From: Acidimicrobiales bacterium
GTDB taxonomy: Bacteria > Actinomycetota > Acidimicrobiia > Acidimicrobiales > SZUA-35
Length of the DNA stretch: 64,000 nucleotides
Assembly: GCA_965216675.1 (NCBI GenBank)
Contig: CBDCGK010000004.1
Location: forward strand, 2,055,692 to 2,119,691
Direction: 5' to 3'
Shown here: one piece after another, positions 18,994 to 29,271 of the stretch
Numbering within the stretch: the stretch's first letter is position 1
Layout: each line of letters opens with the position of its first letter
Position numbers and translations under genes: made by a program
Notes under the pieces: model-generated
Told to the model about the DNA's origin: nothing
Database searches by the model: none
What the model saw: the letters and a program-made list of their open reading frames with translations, nothing else

Positions 18994-20265
18994 TCAGCCG
19001 CCGTCGGGCAGGAAGCAGTCGACCATACGGTTGGCCGTAGCCGCCAGATCGAAGTCCTGTTCCACCCGTTCACGGCCCCGCCTGCCCAGTGAGCGCCGAA
19101 GCGCGGCGTCATCGAGGAGGCGTTCGATGGCATCGGCCAGCTGCTCGGGGTCGCGTTGTTCGACGAGCAGACCGGTCACCTCGTGCTCGACCAATTCGGG
19201 TATGCCCGACACCCGCGTGCTGATGACCGGAACCCCGAGGGCCATGGCCTCGATGAGGGCCACCGGGATGCCGTCGCGTCGACCATCGGGCATGACCACC
19301 GACGGCATGACCGCCATATCGGCGGAAGCGATGATGTCGAAGACCCGGTCGATGTCGAGCGCTCCGTGGAAGACAACGTTGTCGTCGGCCTCGGCCTCCA
19401 ACTCGGCGCGAAGAGGACCGTCACCCACGACGTCGAGGATCACCTTGCGTCCCCGCAGCTCAAGGAGGCGCAGGGCGTCGAACAAGTGAGTGTGGCCCTT
19501 GAAGTTCCGCAGACCGGCAACCATGACCAGCCGCGCCGGGTGGTTGTCGGGCTCGACGGCACGAGCGGTGATAGCGGCCACATCGACACCGCAGTGAACG
19601 ATCTCGGCCGGTGGCAGATCGGGGTACAGCTCCCGCAGCAGTTCGCGGTTGTGATCCGAGATGGTCACCACCCCGCTGGCGGCAGCCAGCTTCTCACCCA
19701 GCATGCTTCGATTGATGTGGAGGTCGTGGGCGTGCAAGGTCACCGAGAACGGGAGCTCGGTCAGCAACCCGATCTGATGGGCGAGCAACGCCGAGTGGCT
19801 ACCCCAGTGGGCGTGCAGATGATCGATCTTGCGACGAACAACGCGGTCAGCGACCCACGGCGCAACCGCCGACACCGCGATGGCCCGGATCAGGAACTTC
19901 GGTGACCGCACGTTGCCGGCCAAGGCGCGCCACCACATGCGGGCCATTCGACCCGGGCGGCGGCGGAACCAGCGCAGCTGCGTGGCCAGTAGTTCGCCGA
20001 TTCCGGCGTCGTTGCCGGCAACCAGATCCGGGAGCAGGCGTCCCACTCCGGGCTGGATGATCTCCTCGGCCTCCCTGGTGATCGCGATCATCGTGACGTC
20101 GTGTCCGAGATCGGCCACGGCCAAGGCTTCGCGGGCGATGAAGGTCTCGGTCGTCTTGGGGAAGCGCGAAACCACATACCCCACCCTCACAGCGGGTTTC
20201 CCGACATCCTCAACCGACACCTTTGATCGGGTTTCGACCGGCGAGGTCGTTCCGGCCGGAGTCAC
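18994..20265 (-). CDS. Glycosyltransferase family 4
   Basis: VRVGYVVSRFPKTTETFIAREALAV plus C-terminal PSVVMPDGRRDGIPVALIEAMALGVPVI. GTG start at 20265. Confidence 0.8.
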   Translation of the reverse strand: MTPAGTTSPVETRSKVSVEDVGKPAVRVGYVVSRFPKTTETFIAREALAVADLGHDVTMIAITREAEEIIQPGVGRLLPDLVAGNDAGIGELLATQLRWFRRRPGRMARMWWRALAGNVRSPKFLIRAIAVSAVAPWVADRVVRRKIDHLHAHWGSHSALLAHQIGLLTELPFSVTLHAHDLHINRSMLGEKLAAASGVVTISDHNRELLRELYPDLPPAEIVHCGVDVAAITARAVEPDNHPARLVMVAGLRNFKGHTHLFDALRLLELRGRKVILDVVGDGPLRAELEAEADDNVVFHGALDIDRVFDIIASADMAVMPSVVMPDGRRDGIPVALIEAMALGVPVISTRVSGIPELVEHEVTGLLVEQRDPEQLADAIERLLDDAALRRSLGRRGRERVEQDFDLAATANRMVDCFLPDGG

Positions 20266-20527
20266 GGTCGTTCTCGCCGCGGAACCACGCCTGCCGGTTC
20301 ATCGGCGCGGCAACGAGCGCTGTGTCGTACGCCGCAAGCCATGGTGGTTCCGCCTCCAGATACCATATGAGTTTCGCCCTTTATGTAGCTTTCGGCCGCG
20401 TCGCCGCGTGCTCAGCCGGTAACTTCCAGCCCACCTTAGACCGACTGCCCGGCGAACCGGCTGAGTGAAGATGCCCGACTCAAAAATTCGGGTATTCCTC
20501 GCCCGGGAGGCGACTCGAACGCCGGGA

Positions 20528-21577
20528 TCAGGCCGTCCGGGCGGCGCCGAACACAACATCGATCAGGTTGCCGGCAACCACGTCGGGGGCCAGGAACTCG
20601 TCGAACACCGCGGCGTTGCTCTCGGCCCGCGCCGCGAGCCAGTCCGGGTCGTTGACGGCCTCGGCCACGGACTCCACAAGGTCCGCCGGCTCGTCGTAGC
20701 GAAATTGGTCGTCGAAACCTTTGAAGCCAGCGAGGTTGGCACGATCCTGAGGAATCGTCTGGCCCACGATCGGGAGCCCGACGGCCAACTGCTCGAACAG
20801 CTTGAATGAGAGGCACCGGTGGGCTCCCCAAACATAGATTCCGAGTCGTGAGTTCGACATCCGGGAGAGATGCTCGCGGGGTCGCACGGCCGTCGGCCGC
20901 ATTCTCCGCCATATCGACGACGAGGCGCTGATGAACGTCACCCGCGCATCGATGTCGGTACTGGCCACCAGCCGGCGACCGACCTCGGTGCGAAAGTCGT
21001 TGATGGGCGAGTGGTGTTGCTGACGGTAGAGGCGAACGACGAAGGACACGTCGTGGGTCTTCTCCGCCGACCGCAACGACCGCAGGTAATCGACGGTCGG
21101 GAGCCGCCGCAACTGACGCACACGGCGGACCATCGCCCGGCGGTCCCACCCGACCTCGGGCAGCTCTCGAAGCAGTGGTCGATGTTCCCACCACGGGACC
21201 AGGACCGGAGCGAACGGCGCACCCAGCGGCCGAATCTTGTCGTGGAGTGACGGATCGAGGTCCAACCCGGCCACGGCTTCGGGGTTGTGATTGCCCTTGA
21301 AATAGAAGTCGACGAGCTTGATGAGCTCGCGATGAACGAAGGCGGGCTTGTCGTGATTGTCGACGCAGAACCGGATGCGTTGGGCACCGTCGGAGGCCTC
21401 GAACAACGGGATCATCTGCATGTTCTCGTCGCCACCTGCGGCCGCCCTCAGATCATCGGGGAGGCGACGGGAAACGTCGAGGACGATTCGTCCGGCGCTC
21501 GCCTCATCGTGGAAGCCGGCCAGTAGAAACCCGCAGTAGGCAAGGTCGGTGACGCCGTAGTGTGTGATCCGCTTCAT
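20528..21577 (-). CDS. Putative glycosyltransferase (GT1-like C-terminal half only recognisable)
   Basis: The start is set at ATG 21577 (MKRITHYG). The C-terminal part FKLFEQLAVGLPIVG...DEPADLVESVAEAVNDPDWLA resembles the GT-B C-domain. The N-terminal half is unassigned. Confidence 0.4.
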   Translation of the reverse strand: MKRITHYGVTDLAYCGFLLAGFHDEASAGRIVLDVSRRLPDDLRAAAGGDENMQMIPLFEASDGAQRIRFCVDNHDKPAFVHRELIKLVDFYFKGNHNPEAVAGLDLDPSLHDKIRPLGAPFAPVLVPWWEHRPLLRELPEVGWDRRAMVRRVRQLRRLPTVDYLRSLRSAEKTHDVSFVVRLYRQQHHSPINDFRTEVGRRLVASTDIDARVTFISASSSIWRRMRPTAVRPREHLSRMSNSRLGIYVWGAHRCLSFKLFEQLAVGLPIVGQTIPQDRANLAGFKGFDDQFRYDEPADLVESVAEAVNDPDWLAARAESNAAVFDEFLAPDVVAGNLIDVVFGAARTA

Positions 21578-21743
21578 GAAGTAGGCCGAGTCTGGCGAAC
21601 GCTTCGGCCCCGGTCGGGACCTGTGGGTGATCGGTAGCGTGCAGGAGCACCCCGTCCACCCCGAAGACATCGCGAAGTCTACAGCCCGGCAGCCGACGGT
21701 GCTGATAGGTCGACAATCCCGTCGAAGGCTCGGGCGCGGTACC

Positions 21744-22955
21744 ATGCCCCCCATGTGGAGCACGAGAAACGGCATCGGCGGTTCACAACGTCTGGGTGTG
21801 GCGTCGGTGCTCTTCGCTCTGGCTACCGCCGGGGTCTGCTACGTCGGCCTGCCCGCCGCGTTGGCGATCGCACAACGTCGTCGGGCCCGCCCCATCAGCG
21901 GCGCCGAACCGCTTCCGCCGACCGTCACCGTCGTCATCGCAGCCCACAACGAGCAGGCCGACCTCCCGGCGAAACTCGACGACCTCCAGAATCAAGACCT
22001 ACCCGCCGGGGTGGAGATGCAGGTCATCGTGGCCTCGGACGGGTCCAGCGACGAGACGGTTCCCCTCGCCTCCGCCCACCCGCTCGACCCGGTGGTGCTG
22101 GATCTGCCAAGGGGAGGCAAGGCCAAGGCGCTCAATGCCGCCCTGGCGCTGGCCAAAGGAGACATCATCGTCTTCTCCGACGCCAACTCGCGGCTCGGCC
22201 CCGAGACGCTCGGTGTGCTGCTGGCCCCCTTCGCCGATCCCGAGGTCGGCGGCGTCGCCGGCCGCCAACGGTACGGCGACCCGTCGCAGGCCATCACCGG
22301 CGAGTCGGAGTACTGGGCCTACGAGGATCGGCTGAAAGTCCTCGAGTCGAGCATCGGCAGTGTCGTGTCGGCCACCGGCGCCCTCTACGCGATCAAACGC
22401 GATCTGGTCGACGAGGTCCCGCCCGACGTCACCGACGACTTCTTCATCTCGACCGGGGTGGTGGCCGCCGGGCAGCGACTCGTCTACGAACCGCTGGCGG
22501 TGGCTTGGGAGGACCCGTCAGGATCTCCGGCGTCGGAGTATCGACGCAAGGTCCGCATCATCACCCGAGGCCTGACCGGTGTGAGACGGCGCCGGAGCCT
22601 GCTCAACCCCGCCGAGCACGGCCACTACGCCCTCGTGCTCTTGGTACACAAGGTCCTTCGTCGACTGATGTTCATCCCACTTTCCGTCGGGGCCGTCGGG
22701 ATGTTCCTGCTCCGAAACGTCCATCCGCTGGTACGGGCGGCGACGTGGGCCGGGGTCGCTGCGACCGGACTGGCCGGGCTTGCCGTTCGCCACCCGGAGT
22801 CGGCGCCGGCCCGGTTCAAGCCCATCCGTCTACTGTCCCACTTCATCGTGGTGAACACCGCCGCCGCCCACGCGCTGCTCAACGTGATCCGGTCCCGCGA
22901 GTTCTCCGTCTGGGACCCGGAGCGACCGGACGAGCCCGGCACTCCTCGCCGCTGA
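21744..22955 (+). CDS. Glycosyltransferase family 2 (processive synthase-like, membrane-anchored)
   Basis: VTVVIAAHNEQADL, ASDGSSDET, VFSDANS and EYRRKVRIITRG (QxxRW-like), with N- and C-terminal TM helices. Confidence 0.85.
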   Translation: MPPMWSTRNGIGGSQRLGVASVLFALATAGVCYVGLPAALAIAQRRRARPISGAEPLPPTVTVVIAAHNEQADLPAKLDDLQNQDLPAGVEMQVIVASDGSSDETVPLASAHPLDPVVLDLPRGGKAKALNAALALAKGDIIVFSDANSRLGPETLGVLLAPFADPEVGGVAGRQRYGDPSQAITGESEYWAYEDRLKVLESSIGSVVSATGALYAIKRDLVDEVPPDVTDDFFISTGVVAAGQRLVYEPLAVAWEDPSGSPASEYRRKVRIITRGLTGVRRRRSLLNPAEHGHYALVLLVHKVLRRLMFIPLSVGAVGMFLLRNVHPLVRAATWAGVAATGLAGLAVRHPESAPARFKPIRLLSHFIVVNTAAAHALLNVIRSREFSVWDPERPDEPGTPRR

Positions 22956-23113
22956 CCAGCACCGTTCCTGGACCAAAGGCCCGGGTCGTCTGCCTCATCG
23001 TCGGGGGCCTCATAGGCGAGTTTCCCTGTTCTTAGCCCCCCAAGGGGTGACGGTAGGCTGGGTCGTGCCGACGTAGGCGAAGGCGATTTGCGGCCGGCGG
23101 AAAGGCGAATACC

Positions 23114-24115
23114 GTGGCGACCAAAATTGCAGTCACCGGCGCGGCGGGCTTCATCGGCTCGACGTTGGTCACCCAACTCCTGGACGCCGGACACACCGTT
23201 GTCGGGATCGACGTGCTCGACGACTTCTACCCGGTTTCGCTCAAGCGCTGGAACCTCGAGAAGTTCGAGGACCATCCGGCCTTCGACTTCCAAGAGGTCG
23301 ACATCCGCGACACCAAGGCGCTGCTCGACTGCACCGGATCGGTCGATGTGATGGTTCACCTTGCGGCTCTGGCCGGCGTTCGACCGTCGTCGGAACGGCC
23401 GCTCGACTACTACGACGTCAACGTCGGAGGAACCGCGGCGGTGCTGGACTTCGTGGTGCAAAACGAGGTCCCTCACCTGGTGTTCGCCTCGTCGAGCAGT
23501 ATCTACGGGATCAACCCCGACGTTCCCTGGACCGAGGATCACCTGCCACAGCCCATCAGCAACTACGCCAACAGCAAACTGGCCGGGGAGCGTCTGGTGG
23601 CCCGAGCCGCCGCACTCCACGGCTTCACCGCCACCGCGGCCCGCTTGTTCACCGTCTACGGGCCCGGTCAGCGTCCGGATCTGGCCATCACCAACTTCGC
23701 GGCCAAGATGCTCAACGGCGAGGAGATCAGGGTCTTCGGCGACGGTACGGCACTGCGTGACTTCACCTACGTCACCGACATCGTCAGCGGGATCCGGGGT
23801 TGCATCGACTACACCGACTCGACGTTCGAGCCCTTCAATCTCGCCCGCGGTGTACAGGTCGAGCTGTCCGCCGTCATTCATCTCCTGGAGAAGGTGCTCG
23901 ACGTCGAAGCCAAGATCGTCTACGCCGACGGCTTCCGGGGCGACGTTCCCCAAACCTGGGGTTCGATCGAGAAGAGTTCGGCGCTGCTCGGGTATCTGCC
24001 GTCGGTCGACCTGAAGGACGGGCTGGTGGAGTCACGAGACTGGTTCGAACAGGTTGCCGCGCTCGGCGTGAACGCCTGGGCGAGCCACCCTCAGACCGTC
24101 GATCGACTCGGTTGA
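23114..24115 (+). CDS. NAD-dependent nucleotide-sugar epimerase/dehydratase (SDR)
   Basis: GAAGFIGS Rossmann motif and YANSK catalytic motif. GTG start. Confidence 0.9.
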   Translation: MATKIAVTGAAGFIGSTLVTQLLDAGHTVVGIDVLDDFYPVSLKRWNLEKFEDHPAFDFQEVDIRDTKALLDCTGSVDVMVHLAALAGVRPSSERPLDYYDVNVGGTAAVLDFVVQNEVPHLVFASSSSIYGINPDVPWTEDHLPQPISNYANSKLAGERLVARAAALHGFTATAARLFTVYGPGQRPDLAITNFAAKMLNGEEIRVFGDGTALRDFTYVTDIVSGIRGCIDYTDSTFEPFNLARGVQVELSAVIHLLEKVLDVEAKIVYADGFRGDVPQTWGSIEKSSALLGYLPSVDLKDGLVESRDWFEQVAALGVNAWASHPQTVDRLG

Positions 24116-24180
24116 CGAATCCCGGCAATCGAGTCCAATTCGACCCGATTGGATCGGGCCCGGTGCGCTAGCGTCGCACC

Positions 24181-25422
24181 ATGAGTGAGTTCGGCCGGTC
24201 GATTCTCGACCTCTGGCATCTCGATCCGTCCTACGCCTACCTGAATCACGGCACCGTCGGAGCGACCCCGAAGCAGGTTCTGGCCGCCCAGCGGACCTGG
24301 AGCGAGCGAATCGAGCGCCACCCGGCGGAGTTCATGCTCCGTCAACTGGCCAACCCGATGGCCGGCGAGTGGACAGCGGACAGACCACCGGCGATGCGGG
24401 AGGCGGCCGCCGCCACGGCCCGGTTCGTCGGCGCCGACCCCGACGGACTCGTCCTGGTCGACAACATCACGACCGGAGCCAACGCGGTGCTCCGTTCCCT
24501 CGGTCTGGAGCCGGGCGACACCGTCGCCGTCACGAACCTGGGCTACGGAGGCGTCACCAACGCCGCCCGATTCGTGGCGGAGCGGTCCGGAGCCTCGCTC
24601 CAGTTCATCGATCTGCCGGCCCCGGGGGCGTCGGCCGACGAGTTCGCCTCGGCGTTCGACGAAGCCCTCCGCCCGGGCACGAAGCTGGCCGTGGTCGACC
24701 ATCTGTCCGCGTTCTCGGCGCTCATCCTGCCGGTGGAGCGGTTCATCGAATCGTGTCGGGCCAACGGCACGATGGTCCTGATCGACGCTGCTCACGTGCC
24801 TGGCCAGCTGGATCTCGACGTCTCCCGGCTGGCCGATCTGGGTGCCGATTTCTACACGGCCAACCTTCACAAGTGGGGCTGGACTCCTCGCAGCAGCGGG
24901 TTTCTCTGGGTGGCGCCCGAGCATCGGGACCGCATCCACCCGACGGTCATCTCCTGGGGCCTGGGCCGGGGTCTGGCCGCCGAGTTCGACCTGCTGGGCA
25001 CCCGCGATCCCACGCCCTTCCTGGTCATCCCCGAGGTGATCGACTATCGGGCGAGCTTCGGTGAGGACGCCATCCGCTCCTACATGCACGACACCTGCTG
25101 GACCGGGGCCCGCCATCTGGCGGCAGAGTTCGACATCCCGTTCGACACCCCGGAGTCGATGATCGGGGCCATGGCCGTGATCGGCCTGCCGCCACGGCTC
25201 GGGTCCACGACCGCCGATGCGGAACGGCTGCGAGCCCATCTCAGCGACGTCCACCGGATCGAGGTGCCGGTCTTCGCCGTCGGAGGCGACGGTGACGAGC
25301 CCGACTCGTACGGTGCCGGCGCCGAAGCAGGCCTCGTGGTTCGGATCTGTACCCACATCTACAACGACACCGGCGACATCGACCGACTGGTCGAGGGGAT
25401 CAAGCAGGCTCCGGGGGCCTGA
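24181..25422 (+). CDS. Class V aminotransferase-fold PLP enzyme (isopenicillin-N-epimerase/cysteine-desulfurase-like)
   Basis: Overall class V pattern. The PLP-lysine region is TANLHKWGW. Confidence 0.75.
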   Translation: MSEFGRSILDLWHLDPSYAYLNHGTVGATPKQVLAAQRTWSERIERHPAEFMLRQLANPMAGEWTADRPPAMREAAAATARFVGADPDGLVLVDNITTGANAVLRSLGLEPGDTVAVTNLGYGGVTNAARFVAERSGASLQFIDLPAPGASADEFASAFDEALRPGTKLAVVDHLSAFSALILPVERFIESCRANGTMVLIDAAHVPGQLDLDVSRLADLGADFYTANLHKWGWTPRSSGFLWVAPEHRDRIHPTVISWGLGRGLAAEFDLLGTRDPTPFLVIPEVIDYRASFGEDAIRSYMHDTCWTGARHLAAEFDIPFDTPESMIGAMAVIGLPPRLGSTTADAERLRAHLSDVHRIEVPVFAVGGDGDEPDSYGAGAEAGLVVRICTHIYNDTGDIDRLVEGIKQAPGA

Positions 25423-25468
25423 ACCGCGCTGCCATGCGGCTCCGTGACGCCAGCTATCATGCGGGCCC

Positions 25469-26857
25469 ATGACCGGAGCTGGAACCCGAAACACGGCGAT
25501 CGATCGTGCCGCCGACTACTTCGACAGCGGCACCCTCTTCGACGTGCTGGCCCGACGGGTGGCGGTTCCGACCGAGAGCCAGAATCCGGATCGGGCCGAC
25601 GCCCTCGTCGCCTATCTGACCGACGAGATGGTCCCGGCGTTCGAGGCGATGGGCTTCGAGTGCCGTCTCGTCGACCATCCCGAGGCGCTCGCCCCGTTCC
25701 TGCTGGCCGAACGGCACGAGGGTGACGACCGGCCGACGGTCCTGGGTTACGGCCACGGAGACGTCGTCCGGGGGCAGGACGACCGTTGGGCCGACGGGCT
25801 CGATCCGTGGCGGCTGACCGAGCGAGGCGACCGGTGGTACGGCCGAGGTGTGGCCGACAACAAGGGTCAGCACACGATCAACATGGCCGCCCTCGAAACG
25901 GTTGTCGAAACCCGTGGCGAGCTCGGTTTCAACGCCAAGTACATCATCGAGATGGGTGAGGAGACCGGGTCGCCGGGTTTCCACGCCTTCTGCCGGGATC
26001 ACGCAGACGGCCTGGCGGCCGACGTTCTCATCGCCTCGGACGGTCCACGGCTTCGGGCCGGACAGCCGACCGTGTTCCTCGGCGCCAGGGGTGCCGTCAA
26101 CTTCGATCTGGTCGTCGACGCCCGCGCCGGCGGCCACCACTCGGGCAACTGGGGTGGGCTGATCTCCAATCCGGCGCTGCAGCTCGCCCACGCGCTGTCG
26201 TCGATCGCGTCGGAGCGGGGTGAGATCCACATTCCCGAGTGGGTGCCCGACGAGATCCCGGCATCTGTTCGTCGGGCCCTCGAAGGACTGACCGTCGACG
26301 GCGGGGAGCACGGCCCGGTCGTCGAACCCGATTGGGGTCAACCCGGCCTGACCCCGGCTGAGCGGGTCTTTGCCTGGTGCTCGTTCGAGATACTGGCCTT
26401 CGAGGCGGGCACGCCGGCCAAACCGGTGAACGCCATCCCGCCGCGGGCCCGGGCCCACTGCCAGCTCCGTTTCGTCGTGGGGCCCGATGCCGACGACATC
26501 CTTCCGGCACTCCGTCGCCACCTCGACCGCAACGGTTTCGGCTTCGTGGCCATCGAGACCCAGGCCAGTGATGTGAAGTTCCGAGCGACCCGCACCGATC
26601 CCGACGACCCGTGGGTCCGCAGGGCCGTCACGTCGATCGAGTCGACGACGGGTTCGCCGGTCGCCCTGCTGCCCAACGTCGGCGGCTCGCTACCCAACGA
26701 CGCGTTCGCCGACATACTCGGCCTGAAGACGATCTGGGTGCCGCACTCCTATCCGGGCTGCAGCCAGCACGCGCCCGACGAGCACGGCCTCTCATCGGTC
26801 TTTCGGGATGCGCTCCTGGCCATGACCGGCCTCTACTGGGACCTCGGCCAAACCTGA
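25469..26857 (+). CDS. M20-family metallopeptidase/dipeptidase
   Basis: GYGHGDVV and GRGVADNKGQ motifs. Confidence 0.85.
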   Translation: MTGAGTRNTAIDRAADYFDSGTLFDVLARRVAVPTESQNPDRADALVAYLTDEMVPAFEAMGFECRLVDHPEALAPFLLAERHEGDDRPTVLGYGHGDVVRGQDDRWADGLDPWRLTERGDRWYGRGVADNKGQHTINMAALETVVETRGELGFNAKYIIEMGEETGSPGFHAFCRDHADGLAADVLIASDGPRLRAGQPTVFLGARGAVNFDLVVDARAGGHHSGNWGGLISNPALQLAHALSSIASERGEIHIPEWVPDEIPASVRRALEGLTVDGGEHGPVVEPDWGQPGLTPAERVFAWCSFEILAFEAGTPAKPVNAIPPRARAHCQLRFVVGPDADDILPALRRHLDRNGFGFVAIETQASDVKFRATRTDPDDPWVRRAVTSIESTTGSPVALLPNVGGSLPNDAFADILGLKTIWVPHSYPGCSQHAPDEHGLSSVFRDALLAMTGLYWDLGQT

Positions 26858-26869
26858 CGGTGCCTCGGG

Positions 26870-27412
26870 CTACTCGCTCTGCTCGTAGATCGGTGTGATC
26901 ATGGCCCGGGCCAGCGTGTTGCCGAACATGTTGAAGCCGCAGATCGCCGGGGTCACACCGTCATCGATCGGCAGCGACTCGACGCCGAGCGCGTGCACGG
27001 CGAAGATGTAGCGGTGTGGCCCGTGACCGGCCGGCGGCGCCGAGCCGAGGTAGCCGGGCAGACCGGCGTCGTTGCGCAGATGGCCGGCGCCCTCCGGTAG
27101 ACCCGAGCCGTCCTGGGCCCCGGCCCCGGTCGCCAGTTCCGTGACCGACGCCGGGATGTTGTAGACGGCCCAGTGCCAGAATCCGCTGCCGGTCGGAGCG
27201 TCGGGATCGAAGCAGGTGACCACGAAACTCTTGGTCTCGTCGGGGAACCCCGACCAGGAGAGCTGGGGTGAGACATCTTCGCCTCCGGCGCCGAAGATGC
27301 CGCTGACCTGGGGCATGGGCAGCATCTCACCGTCGGCGACGTCGGCACTCGTGACCGTGAACGATCCGACCTCGGGTAGAAACTCGTACGGGATGGGTGC
27401 ACGTGCTGTCAT
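26870..27412 (-). CDS. YbhB/YbcL-family phosphatidylethanolamine-binding (Raf kinase inhibitor-like) protein
   Basis: [21 protein letters not shown] and GHGPHRYIF motifs. A TAGAAT hexamer (27425-27420, minus strand) sits 7 nt upstream of the ATG, which is compatible with a leaderless transcript. Confidence 0.85.
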   Translation of the reverse strand: MTARAPIPYEFLPEVGSFTVTSADVADGEMLPMPQVSGIFGAGGEDVSPQLSWSGFPDETKSFVVTCFDPDAPTGSGFWHWAVYNIPASVTELATGAGAQDGSGLPEGAGHLRNDAGLPGYLGSAPPAGHGPHRYIFAVHALGVESLPIDDGVTPAICGFNMFGNTLARAMITPIYEQSE

Positions 27413-27455
27413 GGCGGTGATTCTACGTCAAGCGGCCCCGATGCGCCGACGGGAG

Positions 27456-27498
27456 GGGATCGATCCCGCTTTCACCTGACCGAGCTGCCCGATAAACT
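27456..27498 (+). promoter_or_regulatory. Candidate operator-promoter 1: GGGATCGATCCC-N25-TAAACT, upstream of the Tad operon
   Basis: Perfect 12-bp palindrome at 27456-27467. TTTCAC lies at the -35 position and TAAACT at 27493-27498. Spacing is identical to the three other copies. Confidence 0.55.
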
Positions 27499-27650
27499 CA
27501 GCTCCCTGGAGGAATTTGTCCAATCCTGTTGACGGAGCCACCGTTTGATCGAACAAGCATCGATCACGCAGTGTCGATGGCCGGCCGGGTTGAACAGTCA
27601 GTGGTGACGATGACCTCACCTCGATGTGAGGTGGCGGAGGAGGGCGTCGG

Positions 27651-28349
27651 ATGACGTCGACGTTACAAGGGGCGACCCGGAGTGGCAGCAACGGTGGAAC
27701 CACTCCGGCGACCGGGCGGCCAACGACCATCAAGCGTCGCCGATCGTGGCGACCGGGCCTGCTGGCCCTGAGCCTGTTCTTGATCGTCGGCTCCATGTTG
27801 GCCGGACTGTGGCTCTACCAGTCGACCACGTCGAGGGTCGGCATTCTCGTGGCCGCCACCGACCTGGAGGCCGGCGACAGGCTGACCGTCGCCGACACCC
27901 GGGTGCAGTTCGTCGCCGCCGAACCGGATTTCCTGCAGGCCCTCTTCACCGAGGAGCAGGCGACGTCCAGCGGCTTCTACGGCGAGACGCTCGGCCTCAC
28001 CGTGGGTCGAGCGATTCCAGCCGGGTCACCGCTGGTGCGCGCCTATCTGGTCACCGACGAGAACCTCATCCCCACGGGGAAGGCAATCGTCGGCGTCGAC
28101 CTCGAGGTGGGCTCCTACCCCAACCTGATCCGCGACGGTCACACAGTCGATCTGCAGGCCACCTCCGACGACGACGAGCAGCTCACCTCGATTTCGCTGG
28201 GCCGGGCCGAGGTTTGGAGCGCCGTCGTCGATCCCACCAACGGCAAGCTGAGGGCCGATCTGATCGTGGATCTCGAGAACCAGAACGCCGTGGTGCAGGC
28301 CCACCGCAATGACCTTCTCCGCCTGACTCTGGTCGACGGGGGTTCCTGA
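27651..28349 (+). CDS. cpaB: Flp pilus assembly protein CpaB-like (SAF domain)
   Basis: N-terminal TM (LLALSLFLIVGSMLAGLWLY) and a SAF-like segment (LGLTVGRAIPAGSPLVRAYL). First gene of the Tad operon. Confidence 0.7.
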   Translation: MTSTLQGATRSGSNGGTTPATGRPTTIKRRRSWRPGLLALSLFLIVGSMLAGLWLYQSTTSRVGILVAATDLEAGDRLTVADTRVQFVAAEPDFLQALFTEEQATSSGFYGETLGLTVGRAIPAGSPLVRAYLVTDENLIPTGKAIVGVDLEVGSYPNLIRDGHTVDLQATSDDDEQLTSISLGRAEVWSAVVDPTNGKLRADLIVDLENQNAVVQAHRNDLLRLTLVDGGS

Positions 28350-28352
28350 CCG

Positions 28353-29246
28353 GTGCTGGTCAGCCTTTCCTCGTGCCGCGGGGCGCCCGGTGTCTCGAGC
28401 TGGGCGCTGACACTGGCGACAGCCTGGCCGCACTCACATGATCGGGTGCTGGTGGAAGCCGACTGTTCGGGCGGTGTGTTCGGCGGTCGCTACGACGTGG
28501 CCGTCGAACCCGGATCGGCCGAGCTCGTCTCCCAGGCCCGCCGTGGCCGGTTCGATTCCGACCTCGATCTGACCCGGTTTGCGCGCCACGTCCGCACCTC
28601 GGAGAGCCGCGACAGCGAACTCTGGGTCGTGCCGAGCCCGTTGTCGAGCCACGAGTCGCTCGACGTGTGGCGGGCCATGGCCGCTCCGACGGCGGAGGCC
28701 ATGGCCCACGACGATCGGTTGTGGCTGGCCGACTGCGGGCGGGTCTGGCACCGGTCACCCGTCGAGGCGCTGCTGGCCATCGCACCACTGAGCATCGTGG
28801 TCAGCGATCATACGATGCCGTCGCTCCTGGTCTTGAAAGCGCGTATCGAGTCGCTCCCGCACCAGACCGCGATCATCGTTGTCGGCGACATGCAGTACAC
28901 GACCGACGATCTGATCGACTTCACCGGTGCCGACTACGTGTGGAATGTGCCCTTCGTTCGCCGGCTCGATTCGCTGGCGGCCGAATTCGCCACCAGCGGA
29001 CGGGCTCGCCGGTCCCGAACGTGGCGGACCGCACTCGGGATCACCCAGACCCTGGCGACCGGTCTGCAACCGGCTGGACGGATCGCCCCCAGCCACCGGG
29101 AGATCCACCAACAGGATCGCGAGCAGCCGGACGCCCCGCCCGAGGTCAACGGTTCGACACCGGAAACATCCGACGATACCGACGGGCCGCCGGCTGGGGC
29201 CGGTCCGCACGACGAGCAGACCGAGGACTCCGGAGTGGCGTCGTGA
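28353..29246 (+). CDS. CpaE/TadZ-like ParA/MinD-fold protein with a degenerate P-loop
   Basis: VLVSLSSCRGAPGVSSWALTLATAW occupies the deviant Walker A position. Sits between cpaB and the secretion ATPase. GTG start 3 nt after the cpaB stop. Confidence 0.55.
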   Translation: MLVSLSSCRGAPGVSSWALTLATAWPHSHDRVLVEADCSGGVFGGRYDVAVEPGSAELVSQARRGRFDSDLDLTRFARHVRTSESRDSELWVVPSPLSSHESLDVWRAMAAPTAEAMAHDDRLWLADCGRVWHRSPVEALLAIAPLSIVVSDHTMPSLLVLKARIESLPHQTAIIVVGDMQYTTDDLIDFTGADYVWNVPFVRRLDSLAAEFATSGRARRSRTWRTALGITQTLATGLQPAGRIAPSHREIHQQDREQPDAPPEVNGSTPETSDDTDGPPAGAGPHDEQTEDSGVAS

Positions 29247-29271
29247 TCGCCGGTGAGCGGGAGGTCGATCG

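Noticed and set aside
20495-20530. tRNA-like T-arm resemblance (minus-strand GGCGTTCGAGTCGCC) near the 3' end of the 20528 gene.
   Set aside because: There is no acceptor stem, anticodon arm or D-arm in the correct register. The segment overlaps the end of a protein-coding gene. It is more simply a weak CCCGG/CCGGG hairpin.
27610-27654. 14-codon upstream ORF (MTSPRCEVAEEGVG) whose TGA overlaps the cpaB ATG, together with a 7-bp hairpin (27613-27632) in the predicted Tad 5' UTR.
   Set aside because: There is no convincing SD in front of the uORF ATG, and the hairpin is short. This could be chance in a 146-nt leader. It is worth remembering only if the leader proves regulatory.
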